A program made the position numbers and the translations under genes. DNA of 35,091 nucleotides from a virus, in the IMG/VR virus record IMGVR_UViG_3300033463_000533, positions 1 through 35,091 of that record; one strand, given 5' to 3'. Each line of letters opens with the position of its first letter. The first letter of the stretch is position 1. The notes under the pieces were generated by a model, which had not been told where the DNA came from, did no database searches, and saw only the letters and a list, made by a program, of their open reading frames with translations. Of the stretch, positions 19,112-29,289 are shown piece after piece.

Positions 19112-19552
19112 CTATTCTGGTATAGTAGTGTAATATAAGTAAACTTTATCTCTTTTTGCATCTTCATCATTTATAAAATCACTTGCAAATTGTACATACA
19201 TTTCTATATTATCCCTAAAAAGATTATTATAATCATTATACGCACTATTCATAACTATATAAAAATCAGGCTCTCTAAAGTTTAACCCAAAATCTCTTTG
19301 TATATTCGATGTTTCTTCTATTCTCCATTTCTCCCCAAATGGTCGCATTTTTTTTACAATGTCTTTTGCCATTTCTTCATTAAGTACACAACCATAAGCC
19401 ATTTCATATAGTTTCATTTCGTATTTCTTATATTCTTCTGGATAATATTCTTTCATATCTTCTAATGTATCTTCAAGCATATCAGAAAGTTCTTGCATAT
19501 CTTCTACTCTACCATTGTTTACTATTGTTTCTATAATTTCTTCTATATCCAT
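19112..19552 (-). CDS. Hypothetical protein
   Basis: ORF track. Confidence 0.5.
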   Translation of the reverse strand: MDIEEIIETIVNNGRVEDMQELSDMLEDTLEDMKEYYPEEYKKYEMKLYEMAYGCVLNEEMAKDIVKKMRPFGEKWRIEETSNIQRDFGLNFREPDFYIVMNSAYNDYNNLFRDNIEMYVQFASDFINDEDAKRDKVYLYYTTIPE

Positions 19553-19553
19553 T

Positions 19554-19736
19554 TTAGCCTCCTTTTAGAAGTTTTATTATTTCTTCATTTTGTTTTATTA
19601 TCTTATCTAATAAGTTGTCTTGATGTTTTAGGTACTTCATTAAGTCAGTATTATTAAAGTCTGTTACTAATATTTGATAACTCATTATTTGTAATAAGTT
19701 AGATAAAACCTCTAAATTATGTTCAAAGTTATTCAT
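19554..19736 (-). CDS. Small hypothetical protein
   Basis: ORF track, overlaps the preceding gene's stop. Confidence 0.45.
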   Translation of the reverse strand: MNNFEHNLEVLSNLLQIMSYQILVTDFNNTDLMKYLKHQDNLLDKIIKQNEEIIKLLKGG

Positions 19737-20209
19737 TATGCAAGTCTTTCAATATTAATGTTTGCATTTTTTATAATTGGTATTTCAGTATCTGTTACTA
19801 CTGGCGTTGCACCACCAGAATATACTATTGTTGGAACACTATTAATACTTAAGTTTACAGTTCCTTTGCAGCATACTCTTATTTTTTTATTGAATCCAAT
19901 GTTTGCAAATTCTCCAGCTGTTGCAATTGCTTCGTCCATTTCTGTTCCGAGGTACTTGTACTCCATCAGCAAAAAGTGCTAGTCCGTACTTGTCCGAGCA
20001 GTTGCACTTGTTACATTTGCATTAAATGTTACTTCGTATGTTCCACCCTCTAAAATGCTAAATAATGCACTTCCTTCGTTATGGTTCATAAAACCTTGAC
20101 AATTTATTGCACATCTTGTTCTTAAATCAACTTGTGCAAATGGTAAAGAAGCTGTATTCGATGTTAATGTTATTTCTGGTTCTTGTATTGCTTGTATTAC
20201 TCCATTCAT
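19736..20209 (-). CDS. Small structural/BclA-C-like protein recoded three times at CGG (19994, 19984, 19947)
   Basis: Fused translation ...YEVTFNANVTSATA[C]GQV[C]GLALFADGVQVP[C]GTEMDEAIATAGEFANIGFNKKIRVCCKGTVNLSI...; length 3n with three +1 events. Confidence 0.88.
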
Positions 20210-20229
20210 GTTTTCTCCTCCTTATCTGT

Positions 20230-20261
20230 AAAAAAGAGAATAAGCTACTTGCCTATTCTCT
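20230..20261 (-). terminator. Rho-independent terminator
   Basis: Minus strand AGAGAATA GGCAAGTAGCT TATTCTCT TTTTT. Confidence 0.7.
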
Positions 20262-20305
20262 ATGTTAGCAAGTTCTCGTAATCGAGTGTGTCTATCGACT
20301 TTTTG

Positions 20306-21178
20306 CTATACTATTGTGCTTCCAAATGTGTTTCCGCAACCGCATCCATTATTGTTGCAAGTGAATATTGGTGTTCTTCCATAAACTGGTGTACTTGGTA
20401 CAGGACAGTTAGAAAGTCTGTTATATAAAGCATCAACTTCATTTGCAAATCCTTGTGAAATAAATGCGTTTTGTGCTATCTGACTTGCTTTTAGATCAGC
20501 CATGTCTAGTTGTCTTTGTAAGTCTAGGATTTTTTCATTTTTAGCATCAATTTTGTCATTGCATAATTGGTCTAAAATTCTTTGAGTGTTAGCTGTTTGG
20601 TTAATAAGAACATCTTTTAATCCATCTGCTAAAGCTGCTCTATCTGCACAGTTTTCGCTTAATATTGTTGAGTTTAAACCTGCTATTCCTAGTCTATTGT
20701 CAGCACTTGCGTTTGCTAATTGTGTACTTAATGCAAAGTTTTGTTGCATATCAGCCATTTGTCTGTTGTTTGCAGCTATTTCTGAATTGTAGAAACCATT
20801 TGAAATTGTACTTGTTATATCTCCACAGCAATTACATAATTGGTTAGATAATGAATTGATTCCATTGCTTATAGAGTCTATTTGGTTGCTTAAATGTAAT
20901 GTGTTAAATCCTTGGTTTGTGTTTTGCATAATTTCTTTTTGTCCGTTTGATAACCATGCGTAGTCATTGTTAAAACCTCCGAAACCACCAAATCCACCAT
21001 TACCATTATTTCCCCAACCAAATAAGATTAGTAGAATAATTATCCAAGACCAGTCTCCATTTCCACCAAAACCGCTGTTTCCAAATCCACCACCGTATGG
21101 GAATACTGGATAACCATAATTTCTGTCTGTGTTGCCTACAACTGCTGCAACATCTGCTGGACTCATATTATCGTTCAT
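20306..21178 (-). CDS. Gly/Asn-rich phage protein
   Basis: PYGGGFGNSGFGGNGDWSWII..GWGNNGNGGFGGFGG; helical central region. Confidence 0.6.
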   Translation of the reverse strand: MNDNMSPADVAAVVGNTDRNYGYPVFPYGGGFGNSGFGGNGDWSWIIILLILFGWGNNGNGGFGGFGGFNNDYAWLSNGQKEIMQNTNQGFNTLHLSNQIDSISNGINSLSNQLCNCCGDITSTISNGFYNSEIAANNRQMADMQQNFALSTQLANASADNRLGIAGLNSTILSENCADRAALADGLKDVLINQTANTQRILDQLCNDKIDAKNEKILDLQRQLDMADLKASQIAQNAFISQGFANEVDALYNRLSNCPVPSTPVYGRTPIFTCNNNGCGCGNTFGSTIV

Positions 21179-21227
21179 AGTGTGTCCTCCTTTCCATAAA
21201 TCTATAATAACTTTAAAAAATTATTAC

Positions 21228-21458
21228 CTATTTCATATTTTGTAATTGACTTAAAAAGCTTTCAGGTACTCCATAATTTTTCGCTTGTTCTAATAGATTT
21301 TGTTTTTGTTCAGGAGTTGCACTAGTCATAAACTGATTAATAAATGCCTGTCGATTACCATTACTTTTCATTAAATCTTGAGCTATTTGAAACCCTTGAG
21401 GATTTTTTGTTTGTAACTTGTTCATTAACATCTGTGATATTTGTGCTATTTGATTCAT
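21228..21458 (-). CDS. Small helical hypothetical protein
   Basis: ORF track. Confidence 0.45.
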   Translation of the reverse strand: MNQIAQISQMLMNKLQTKNPQGFQIAQDLMKSNGNRQAFINQFMTSATPEQKQNLLEQAKNYGVPESFLSQLQNMK

Positions 21459-21837
21459 GCTTAATCATACCTTTCATTTCTTCAATTTGTTTTTTTAAAT
21501 TAAAGATTTCTTTATCTTTCTCATCCATTTCAACTACTTCTACTGTATTAAACGTTCTTACATTTCCGTTTATATCTTTTACCCACATAACAGAAAAGTC
21601 TTTGTTTACAAATATTCCTGTTTTAGTTACAAATGTGTTTCGTACTTCATTTATGTTATTTGCATATTTACTTTCTAATTCGTTGTTTGTGGGATTTGGT
21701 GCCAATTGAAAATTTTGCGTTATTGGCTGTGGTTGAACTTGATTTTGTTGTAAAGAACGTAATTGACTATCTATTCTGTCACGCATATTTTGTAATTCTT
21801 GGAATTGAAATTGATTATTGTACATAGGATAATTCAT
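21361..21837 (-). CDS. Gln/Asn-rich coiled-coil protein
   Basis: ORF track. Confidence 0.5.
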   Translation of the reverse strand: MNYPMYNNQFQFQELQNMRDRIDSQLRSLQQNQVQPQPITQNFQLAPNPTNNELESKYANNINEVRNTFVTKTGIFVNKDFSVMWVKDINGNVRTFNTVEVVEMDEKDKEIFNLKKQIEEMKGMIKHESNSTNITDVNEQVTNKKSSRVSNSSRFNEK

Positions 21838-21994
21838 AATATAACTCCTTAATCTATTAAAACTACAAGAAAAGAAGATACCTGAGCAGAGTTTCTCGTG
21901 TACATACTTAAACTCTCTTTTTTCATTTCTCGTATCTCCTTTCTTAATTTAATTCTACTAAATTAAGAAGAAATAAAAGGTTCAAATTAAGTTC

Positions 21995-22025
21995 AAAAAA
22001 AGACCACTCTTTTTAGAGTAGTCTT
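21995..22025 (-). terminator. Rho-independent terminator
   Basis: Minus strand AAGACTACTC TAAAAA GAGTGGTCTT TTTTT. Confidence 0.78.
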
Positions 22026-22267
22026 AATATTTTTTTCTTTATTTGTTTTATTCTTCGCTTTACTGTACTTTCTGACATATTCATGTTCATTGATATATAT
22101 ACTATTGTTTGTCTGCCGTATTTACTAGTAAGCATATTGAATATTTTTTCTTGTTCTTCCGTAAAATTTGCATTTTCTAATATATAATTTAATTCAGGTT
22201 TTGTAAAATTAAATTTAACGTTTTTTAATTCTTTTTGTGACATTTGTTCTTTTTGGGGAGTTTCCAT
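22013..22267 (-). CDS. Small HTH (sigma-region-4-like) DNA-binding protein
   Basis: FNMLTSKYGRQTIVYISMNMNMSESTVKRRIKQIKKKI. Confidence 0.6.
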   Translation of the reverse strand: METPQKEQMSQKELKNVKFNFTKPELNYILENANFTEEQEKIFNMLTSKYGRQTIVYISMNMNMSESTVKRRIKQIKKKILRLL

Positions 22268-22343
22268 TAATTCTCCTCCTTGTTGATGTTGTTGTTATTT
22301 TTTTACTTTGAAACATTTTCAATATTATCACTCTCCTTACATA

Positions 22344-22370
22344 TAAAAAAACAAGTATTTCTACTTGTTT
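22344..22370 (-). terminator. Rho-independent terminator
   Basis: Minus strand AAACAAGTA GAAA TACTTGTTT TTTT. Confidence 0.65.
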
Positions 22371-22382
22371 TGTATAATTTAT

Positions 22383-22691
22383 TTAATTAATAGTTTGTGT
22401 GAAATTTGTATTTGTTGGTGTGTCAATATCTTCAACATACTGTGTGGTTGTTTCTTCTGTTTCCAAAACAGTTTCAAATTGTGATTCATAGATTAACCAT
22501 CCTATATTTGTTGCAAATAACATGATTAATACTACTATAAATGCTATAAACCATCTTTTACTTGTTTTCTTTAGTTCTTTTAGCATTTCCATTGCTAAAG
22601 TGTTTTGTTCAAATTTTTCTCGTACGTTATCAAGTTTTTGTTCCACCCTTAAAAGTGGTTCATCATTTGGAATATAATTTTCTTCTTTCAT
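22383..22691 (-). CDS. Membrane protein with N-terminal coiled coil
   Basis: WFIAFIVVLIMLFATNIGWLIY helix. Confidence 0.5.
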   Translation of the reverse strand: MKEENYIPNDEPLLRVEQKLDNVREKFEQNTLAMEMLKELKKTSKRWFIAFIVVLIMLFATNIGWLIYESQFETVLETEETTTQYVEDIDTPTNTNFTQTIN

Positions 22692-22700
22692 AATCTCTCC

Positions 22701-22947
22701 TTACTTATGATAAGCTTTAACGTGTTCTGCAATAGCTTCTTTTATTTTTCCGTCAACTTCTTTATGGTCGCTTTTAAGTTCGTTTATCATTTCCTTAATT
22801 GATGCAATTTCCGTTCTCATCTCTCCTATAAATTGACCGCAAAGTCATACCATCGTCTTTTCCAGATTTTTTTTGACCTATAATAAAACTTACTATTCCT
22901 ATTATGCACGTTATTAAACTTATTATAACTACTAATTCAACTGTCAT
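22701..22947 (-). CDS. Small membrane-anchored (XhlA/holin-accessory-like) protein, recoded at CGG 22837-22839 (+1)
   Basis: Manual: MTVELVVIISLITCIIGIVSFIIGQKKSGKDDGMTL[C]GQFIGEMRTEIASIKEMINELKSDHKEVDGKIKEAIAEHVKAYHK*; absent from ORF track because each half is short; length 3n+1. Confidence 0.78.
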
Positions 22948-22991
22948 AATTTTATTACCTCACTTAATTATATCATATCTTTTGTAAAAAA

Positions 22992-23483
22992 TCAACTTGC
23001 ATATTTAAACCCAACAACTTTATATGGTATTAATACATTGTTATTTACATCTCCGTTAATATAACCTGCTCCAACATCTAAACCATTAATTGAAACATCT
23101 ATACGTCTAAACCATGACCTAACATTTCCAGATGAATAGTCAGTATATTTTAGCTCGCTTGGTATATCAATATTTACTTCCATTAATATTGATAATGCTC
23201 TGCTATCTAATGCCTTATTTCTAAATGCAAATACTATTATATAATCATAAGTTGAAAGCATTGGAATACTTATAGTTTGTGGAGAAAGTGAGGTATTTCC
23301 TTCATTATGCCATAATACTTTTCCTTTCCCTAAATTATTTAAAATGTCTGTTTGTAGTTTATTTAAGTTTTCTGCATTTATTGGAGTAGTGCCAGAATAT
23401 TCTGGCATTACTACTGGATATTCAGTACCATTTATTACTACATAAGCACCTTTAAGAAGTGTTCCATCTTCAAAATTTACCAT
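22992..23483 (-). CDS. Putative baseplate/tail protein
   Basis: Position and NFEDGTLLKGAYVVINGTEYPVVMPEYSGTTPINAENLNKL. Confidence 0.5.
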   Translation of the reverse strand: MVNFEDGTLLKGAYVVINGTEYPVVMPEYSGTTPINAENLNKLQTDILNNLGKGKVLWHNEGNTSLSPQTISIPMLSTYDYIIVFAFRNKALDSRALSILMEVNIDIPSELKYTDYSSGNVRSWFRRIDVSINGLDVGAGYINGDVNNNVLIPYKVVGFKYAS

Positions 23484-23486
23484 TGT

Positions 23487-24521
23487 TTATCCCCTTTCGT
23501 ATTTTATTTTTAAATTTAAGTTTCCCACTTGTGAAAGTGGTATTGCTTGATAATAACATAAGCCTGTATCTGTTGGTGTACTTATTACGTTCTCATATGT
23601 TCCAGAATGTACATTTTGCCATACTTTATACTTAACAACCAAATATTTATAATTTGTTTTTATCGGATACAAATCACTATCTGGATAAATATTGTTGTCT
23701 GGCAGTAATTTTTTGTTTGACAATATATTTTCAAGTCCTTCAATTGTAATTTCATTATCAGTTATATTCAGTGTCAAATCTGTTCCAACAATTAATTCTT
23801 CGTTTATATAATCTTTATAGTTTGATAAACCTACGCTGTAAATTATACCATAGCCGTTGTCATAAAATGATTTCCATGTAGTATGACTATCATCTTCATA
23901 TATGTTGGGTTGAAATATTATTTGTGGTGTTCCATAAGGTGCTAAATGTGCAGGTGCATTTACGAAACTACTATTTGAATAAAACTCAGCGTCGCTTGAA
24001 ATAATATCTCGTCTTGTAATCACTAATTCTTGGTTTTCCTGCAAATATATTTCATAATTTGACGTATCTAATATTGCACATACTGGAAATTTTGTTTCAT
24101 AACTTTCGTCGCTTTCAGCACTTGAATTAAAACCAATAGCTGTTATTTTTCTGCCATAATACTGAGTTAAATCATCATTTGTCGTTCCGCTTATATAATC
24201 ATAAATTAAATCAAAATTATTATATTGATATTCAATTGTAACTTGATTGTTATTCATTTCTTGACTATATTGAGTATTTGATACTAACCCTATATTAAAG
24301 TCTTGATTATGAATAACTGAGTTTTCTGTTATATTTTCAAATGGAACGTCAAATTTAAACAAACAACATTTTAATTGTTTTAATAATTGTGTTTGCCCTA
24401 TGCCTTGCTCATCAATTTGAGCTTGTGCAAATCTTTTTAAATACTCATTCAAAATTAAGTTTTGGAAGTCGAATTTTTTATTACCTAATTCAATTCGTAT
24501 TAAATCGTTTCTTATTCTCAT
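23487..24521 (-). CDS. Putative distal tail / baseplate protein
   Basis: Synteny downstream of the Gp37-like gene. Confidence 0.5.
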   Translation of the reverse strand: MRIRNDLIRIELGNKKFDFQNLILNEYLKRFAQAQIDEQGIGQTQLLKQLKCCLFKFDVPFENITENSVIHNQDFNIGLVSNTQYSQEMNNNQVTIEYQYNNFDLIYDYISGTTNDDLTQYYGRKITAIGFNSSAESDESYETKFPVCAILDTSNYEIYLQENQELVITRRDIISSDAEFYSNSSFVNAPAHLAPYGTPQIIFQPNIYEDDSHTTWKSFYDNGYGIIYSVGLSNYKDYINEELIVGTDLTLNITDNEITIEGLENILSNKKLLPDNNIYPDSDLYPIKTNYKYLVVKYKVWQNVHSGTYENVISTPTDTGLCYYQAIPLSQVGNLNLKIKYERG

Positions 24522-26068
24522 TATTCAACCTCCTCTATCTCATGAACTTCGTTTATTTGCTCTTCTACAAATTCACTTAATATAACCGAATTTAAAGCGT
24601 CGCTTTGTGCTTGTGTTTCAGAAGGTCTAAATAAATCGATGAATGTTGAAAGCATATCTGCATTCTTTAACGTAATTTTCCATATTTGCTTTAATTCATT
24701 ATTATATGTATATTGAATACTTTTTACCGCATAATTGCCATTGATGAAAAAACTAGGAGCATTAATTGTTACAATATCTCCTAATTTTAGATTTTGATTT
24801 ACATCGTATTCTAATTCAATTTGATTTACTACATTTGAATTTTGAACAATTAAACTTCTTGCATATTCTATTAATTGAGTTGTAGTTGTCCATTTTTCTT
24901 CATAATCAATAGTTTTTTCAATTTGCCCTGTTTTACTTATTATTCCTTTTAGCTTTTCAATTTCAGCAGAATACATAAAACGCATTGTTGTATAACGTAA
25001 TCCAGTTAAAGTTCTAAAATACGTTATTCTTGCACTACTATTATAATTCCATTTAAAACCAGTAATAAGATTAGGGAAAAATGTATCCCTTATTAAAATT
25101 ATTTCTCCCTCTGTTTCGTCATCACTAAAAGTTATGTTTCCTATTGTAACGAACTTATCATAATTAGCAGAACCTTGTGTTTCGTCTAATCCTATTCTAT
25201 ATTGTCTTGTAGAGCCACCACTTAATGTTACAACTATATTTAAGCAATCATAATAAGGCTCTTGCGTTGGAAAATTACCTTCTTCTACTACTTTTCTTAA
25301 TTGTTCTTCGTCTACAATTATAGGATTACTAAAATATATAGCGTCTCCATTTTTTATTTGCTTGTTGTAAGCAACAATAGGATAGCCTGTTGTTTGATGA
25401 AAGCTATTTGTTAATTGTGGGTATATTAATCGCACATTTTTAAAATTAATTGCGTTTGCATAATCTACGTTTTGAATTTCTGGCTGTAATTGTAGTAAGC
25501 CTTGTTCTTCAACGTTCTCGTTGATAACTTTTTTTGCAGGCAATCCAAACAAATAATCTATTGAATATACAAAGATTTCTTTATTTTCATTAATATACCA
25601 AAAAATATTTCTTTTTAAACAGATTGTATTCATGCAATTTTCAATTGTTTCTAATAAAAAATTAGTTGTTATTTGTCCGTCTGTTATAAAAATATCTTTA
25701 ATTGTAAAGCCGTCGTTTATTAATGGCTGTAATATTCTTGTTATAGCACTACTTAATGTATAAGTACCAATTAAAGATATTGTCCTTTTTGTTGCTAGTT
25801 TAAGCGGAGAAAGCAAAGTAATTATTAATTCTCTGTATTCGTTTTTCATTTCCATTTTGCTTAACTTAATGCTATCAACAAAACCTGTAAATAATATGTT
25901 ATCATCTTCAATTATTTTTATTTCTTGGAATTTATACGGAATATCTGCTATTGTATATCCCGTAAAATCAATTCTAAAACTATTAAACGTTACTTCGGTG
26001 CTTGATAATTTAATTGAAAATTTATCAATAATTCTAAATGATTTATTGTTGTAAACTAATCTAATCAT
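24521..26068 (-). CDS. Siphovirus Gp37-like tail/baseplate protein
   Basis: Length, synteny, motif LKLGDIVTINAPSFFINGNYAVKSIQYTYNNELKQIWKITL. Confidence 0.6.
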   Translation of the reverse strand: MIRLVYNNKSFRIIDKFSIKLSSTEVTFNSFRIDFTGYTIADIPYKFQEIKIIEDDNILFTGFVDSIKLSKMEMKNEYRELIITLLSPLKLATKRTISLIGTYTLSSAITRILQPLINDGFTIKDIFITDGQITTNFLLETIENCMNTICLKRNIFWYINENKEIFVYSIDYLFGLPAKKVINENVEEQGLLQLQPEIQNVDYANAINFKNVRLIYPQLTNSFHQTTGYPIVAYNKQIKNGDAIYFSNPIIVDEEQLRKVVEEGNFPTQEPYYDCLNIVVTLSGGSTRQYRIGLDETQGSANYDKFVTIGNITFSDDETEGEIILIRDTFFPNLITGFKWNYNSSARITYFRTLTGLRYTTMRFMYSAEIEKLKGIISKTGQIEKTIDYEEKWTTTTQLIEYARSLIVQNSNVVNQIELEYDVNQNLKLGDIVTINAPSFFINGNYAVKSIQYTYNNELKQIWKITLKNADMLSTFIDLFRPSETQAQSDALNSVILSEFVEEQINEVHEIEEVE

Positions 26069-27845
26069 TAATAAGCACCTGCCCCTCTTAATGTTCTTGT
26101 AACAACAGGGGTTATTACTTGTCCAACTTTTTCACTATCCATTATAATATCGCCTTGATCTAAACTAATATTTGCATTTAGTATTCTTCCTACATTTGCA
26201 TTTGTACTTATGTTTGTACTTAATTTTTGAGTTTCAAAATCTACTGCCGTTTTCATTTGTTTATATACTTTTGCAAGATTTTCTTCAAATCCTTTTCCTA
26301 AACCTAATGCTAAAAATTTTCCTATCTCATTTTCAAATACCTTAGATGGAGAGTGTATTCCAAAAATACCTTTAAATCCATCTACTAAGTTGTCTCCTAG
26401 TTCTTTACATTTATCTTGTAACCATTTCCATGTATCTTTAATTCCTTGCCATAATCCTTCAACAAGTTCCTTACCAACATCTGCAATTGAAGAAATCCCA
26501 TCAATTAATCCGTCAACTATGGCTGTAATTAAGTCCCATGCCATATCTCCTAATTTTCCTATTCCAGATATAACACCTTCAATTAATTTCTCTAATATTT
26601 GAATACCTGCTTCAATAATCTTAGGGAAATTTCTAATTAATGCAGTTACTAACTTTATTATAATTTCTGGTGCTTTTTCAATCAATGTAGGCAATGCTTC
26701 TACTATTCCATCTATTAAAGCCATTATTAATTCAATTCCAGTATCTATAATCATGTCTATATTATTAAGTAAAGTTTCAACTATTGTTATAATACATTTT
26801 ATCGCTTCTGGAATTAATTTAGGTAATGCTTGTGTAATTCCGCTGTATCAATTGAACAACAGCTTTTAATCCTACTTCTATTATTTGTGGTAAATAACTT
26901 ACTAAGCCTGTTATTAAGGTTTGAACAATTTGAAATGCAGTTTCAATTAATATTGGGAAGTTGTTTAATATCGCTGTTGCAAATTCTTGAATTAAAACGC
27001 CTCCAAATTCCAATAAGTCAGGCATTGCTTCTGTTATACCAGCAATTATATCTGGAACTGCGTCTTTTGCAATTCTTAACACATTTTTAGCAAACGTTGA
27101 AAATGATTTTACAAATTGATTTAAATCTCCTGCTCCACTTAGAAAGTTTTTCCAGCTTGCTTGCATTGAAGCAAAACTTCCTTGTAATGTATCTTGTGCT
27201 TCTTTTGCTGTTGTTCCTGTTACCCCTAATTCTTCTTGCACAACGTGAATAGCTTCATATACATCACTTAAATTAGAAATATCGTAATGAACTCCTGACA
27301 ATTGTTCTGCATCTGCCAAAAGTCTTTCCATTTCAGTTTTTGTTCCGTCCATAACCTAGTTTTAAGTTGTCTAGTAATGTATAATTTTGTTTTGCAAAGC
27401 CTTGATATGCAGCTTGTATTGATGCCATATCTGTTCCGAATGTATTTGCATTATCTGCCATATCTTGCATCGCCATATCAGCTATATCTGCTGCTTTTTG
27501 TGTGTCTCCTGCAACACTTTGTAATAATGATGCACTAAACGAAGTTACATTTTCCATATATTCAGAAGCACTTATTCCAACTGTTTCAAATGCTCTATTT
27601 GCATTTTCTATTACCTTGTCAGCACTATCTCCAAAAAGTTTATTTACACCGCCAATTTGTTGTTCTATTTCTCCTCTTGCTGTTACACTTGCAGCAACTA
27701 GTCCTGTAAACGCAGTTGAAACAGCTCCTATACCCACAGCAATTCCCTTTAATGCTTTATTCGCTGTATCTCCCAACTTTGATAATCCACTTTTAAAGCC
27801 TTTATCGTTTAATTCCGTATCTATTACTACTGAACCATCTGCCAT
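26068..27845 (-). CDS. Tape measure protein, recoded at CGG 27345-27347 and 26840-26842
   Basis: LKGIAVGIGAVSTAFTGL..., ...KLGYG[C]GTKTEMERLLADAEQLSG..., ...VVQLIQ[C]GITQALPKLIPEAI...; length 3n+2 with two +1 events. Confidence 0.93.
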
Positions 27846-27863
27846 TTTATTTCCTTTCTAAAC

Positions 27864-28421
27864 TTACCAAAAAGCTTTCCCAAAATCTGCTTCTTTTTCT
27901 TCTTGCGTTCTCATATCTGGCAAAGCATATATTTTTTTAAGTTTTTTATATCGTGCTTTTTCTTCTTTGTCTTTTATTTTTGTTAAATCCATTGCTCTAT
28001 AACCCATTATTTCAACTATTTTATTATTTTCTTTTAAGCCTTTAAATAAAGCCTTGAACTTCCACCAATGCAAGTTTTCTGTGTTTAAATCAATATTATA
28101 TTGGTCTTTAAATGCACTATATATATATTCATCGTCAAATTCATAGCTATAAATTTGTTTTACATTATCTTCTTTAGTTTGTTTCGTTGCAACTTCTCTT
28201 TCTCCACATTTATAAAACCATATAAGATCCTGTACTGCTTTTTTTACATCTTTAATTTCATCATAATATAAATTTAAAGCAAGTCTTATTTTATCTTCTT
28301 CTTTTATGTTTCTGTCTTGCATTAATAATTCAAATTTAATACTTTCTCTAAAGTCTGTTCGTATTTTTAAGCCACTTGGTGTTATTTCTGGCAATTCATC
28401 TAACAAAATATTAATTCTCAT
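27864..28421 (-). CDS. Tail assembly chaperone, Gp15-like
   Basis: MRINILLDELPEI...RESIKFELLMQD.. upstream of the tape measure gene. Confidence 0.7.
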   Translation of the reverse strand: MRINILLDELPEITPSGLKIRTDFRESIKFELLMQDRNIKEEDKIRLALNLYYDEIKDVKKAVQDLIWFYKCGEREVATKQTKEDNVKQIYSYEFDDEYIYSAFKDQYNIDLNTENLHWWKFKALFKGLKENNKIVEIMGYRAMDLTKIKDKEEKARYKKLKKIYALPDMRTQEEKEADFGKAFW

Positions 28422-28744
28422 TTTTTAGGTTGATACCTTTCATACATTGATTCTAAATCATTAGAATATTTTATTTTTTCAGCCATAATATCTTCAAATA
28501 CTTTTATATGGTCTTTTAAATTGTTTTTGCCATCGAATAACTTTTCTGATATTCCTTCGCCAAATACTTCATCTAAAAACTCATTTATTATCTTACACTC
28601 AAGTCTAATATCTTCTGACATTGATAATTCTTTGCCTTTATATTCTTCTAATTTTTCTACTACTTTTTTTGTGGCATTTTCTAATCTTTCGACATCATCA
28701 GCATCTAAAAAATCAAAATTTACTTCTAAATCTTTTATTTTCAT
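28418..28744 (-). CDS. Tail assembly chaperone (first ORF)
   Basis: Synteny between major tail and Gp15-like gene. Confidence 0.6.
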   Translation of the reverse strand: MKIKDLEVNFDFLDADDVERLENATKKVVEKLEEYKGKELSMSEDIRLECKIINEFLDEVFGEGISEKLFDGKNNLKDHIKVFEDIMAEKIKYSNDLESMYERYQPKK

Positions 28745-28756
28745 AGTTCCTCCTAA

Positions 28757-28786
28757 ATAAAAAAGGCAGGTTATTGCCCTGCCTTT
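28757..28786 (-). terminator. Rho-independent terminator after the major tail gene
   Basis: Minus strand AAAGGCAGG GCAATAA CCTGCCTTT TTTA. Confidence 0.8.
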
Positions 28787-28788
28787 AT

Positions 28789-29259
28789 CTAAACACTACT
28801 TGATGGTGTAAATGTTGCTGTCATTCCATCTGCTGATACTGTTGCTGTTCCTTTTGTTATTTCTCCGTATGCGTGGAATGTTCCAGAATATGTATAAGCA
28901 TCTGTTGAATCTCCATCTGCATCTGGAATTACACTATATGTTCTTAATCTTGCTTCATGTGTAATCATATCTACTGTTACTATATCAACTGTTTCTCCAA
29001 CTAATTCATCATCGTGTACTTCTGCAATTTTATCGTGAATAGCATTTCCTACTATTCTGTCGAAGTTGTATTCTATTTCTGGAGAAAATCCTGTAACTGT
29101 ACTTCTTTCTGTTTTTTCATCTACATATCTTCTATCATAAGTGCTAGAATTTAAAGATTTTCCAGCAGATGTAAAACCTTGCATTCTTGTATATACAGGA
29201 GAACTAGATGTTCCAGTATTCATAAAATTAACTTTATCGGCTCTATTATATATTTGCAT
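28789..29259 (-). CDS. Major tail protein
   Basis: Synteny; tail-tube-like sequence YNRADKVNFMNTGTS...YSGTFHAYGEITKGTATVSADG. Confidence 0.65.
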   Translation of the reverse strand: MQIYNRADKVNFMNTGTSSSPVYTRMQGFTSAGKSLNSSTYDRRYVDEKTERSTVTGFSPEIEYNFDRIVGNAIHDKIAEVHDDELVGETVDIVTVDMITHEARLRTYSVIPDADGDSTDAYTYSGTFHAYGEITKGTATVSADGMTATFTPSSSV

Positions 29260-29289
29260 TGTTTTCCTCCTTACAAAAAATTAAGCTAC

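Noticed and set aside
27864-28744. Canonical programmed frameshift between the two tail assembly chaperones
   Set aside because: The genes overlap by ATGA (28418-28421), and I found no convincing slippery heptamer or CGG in the overlap.
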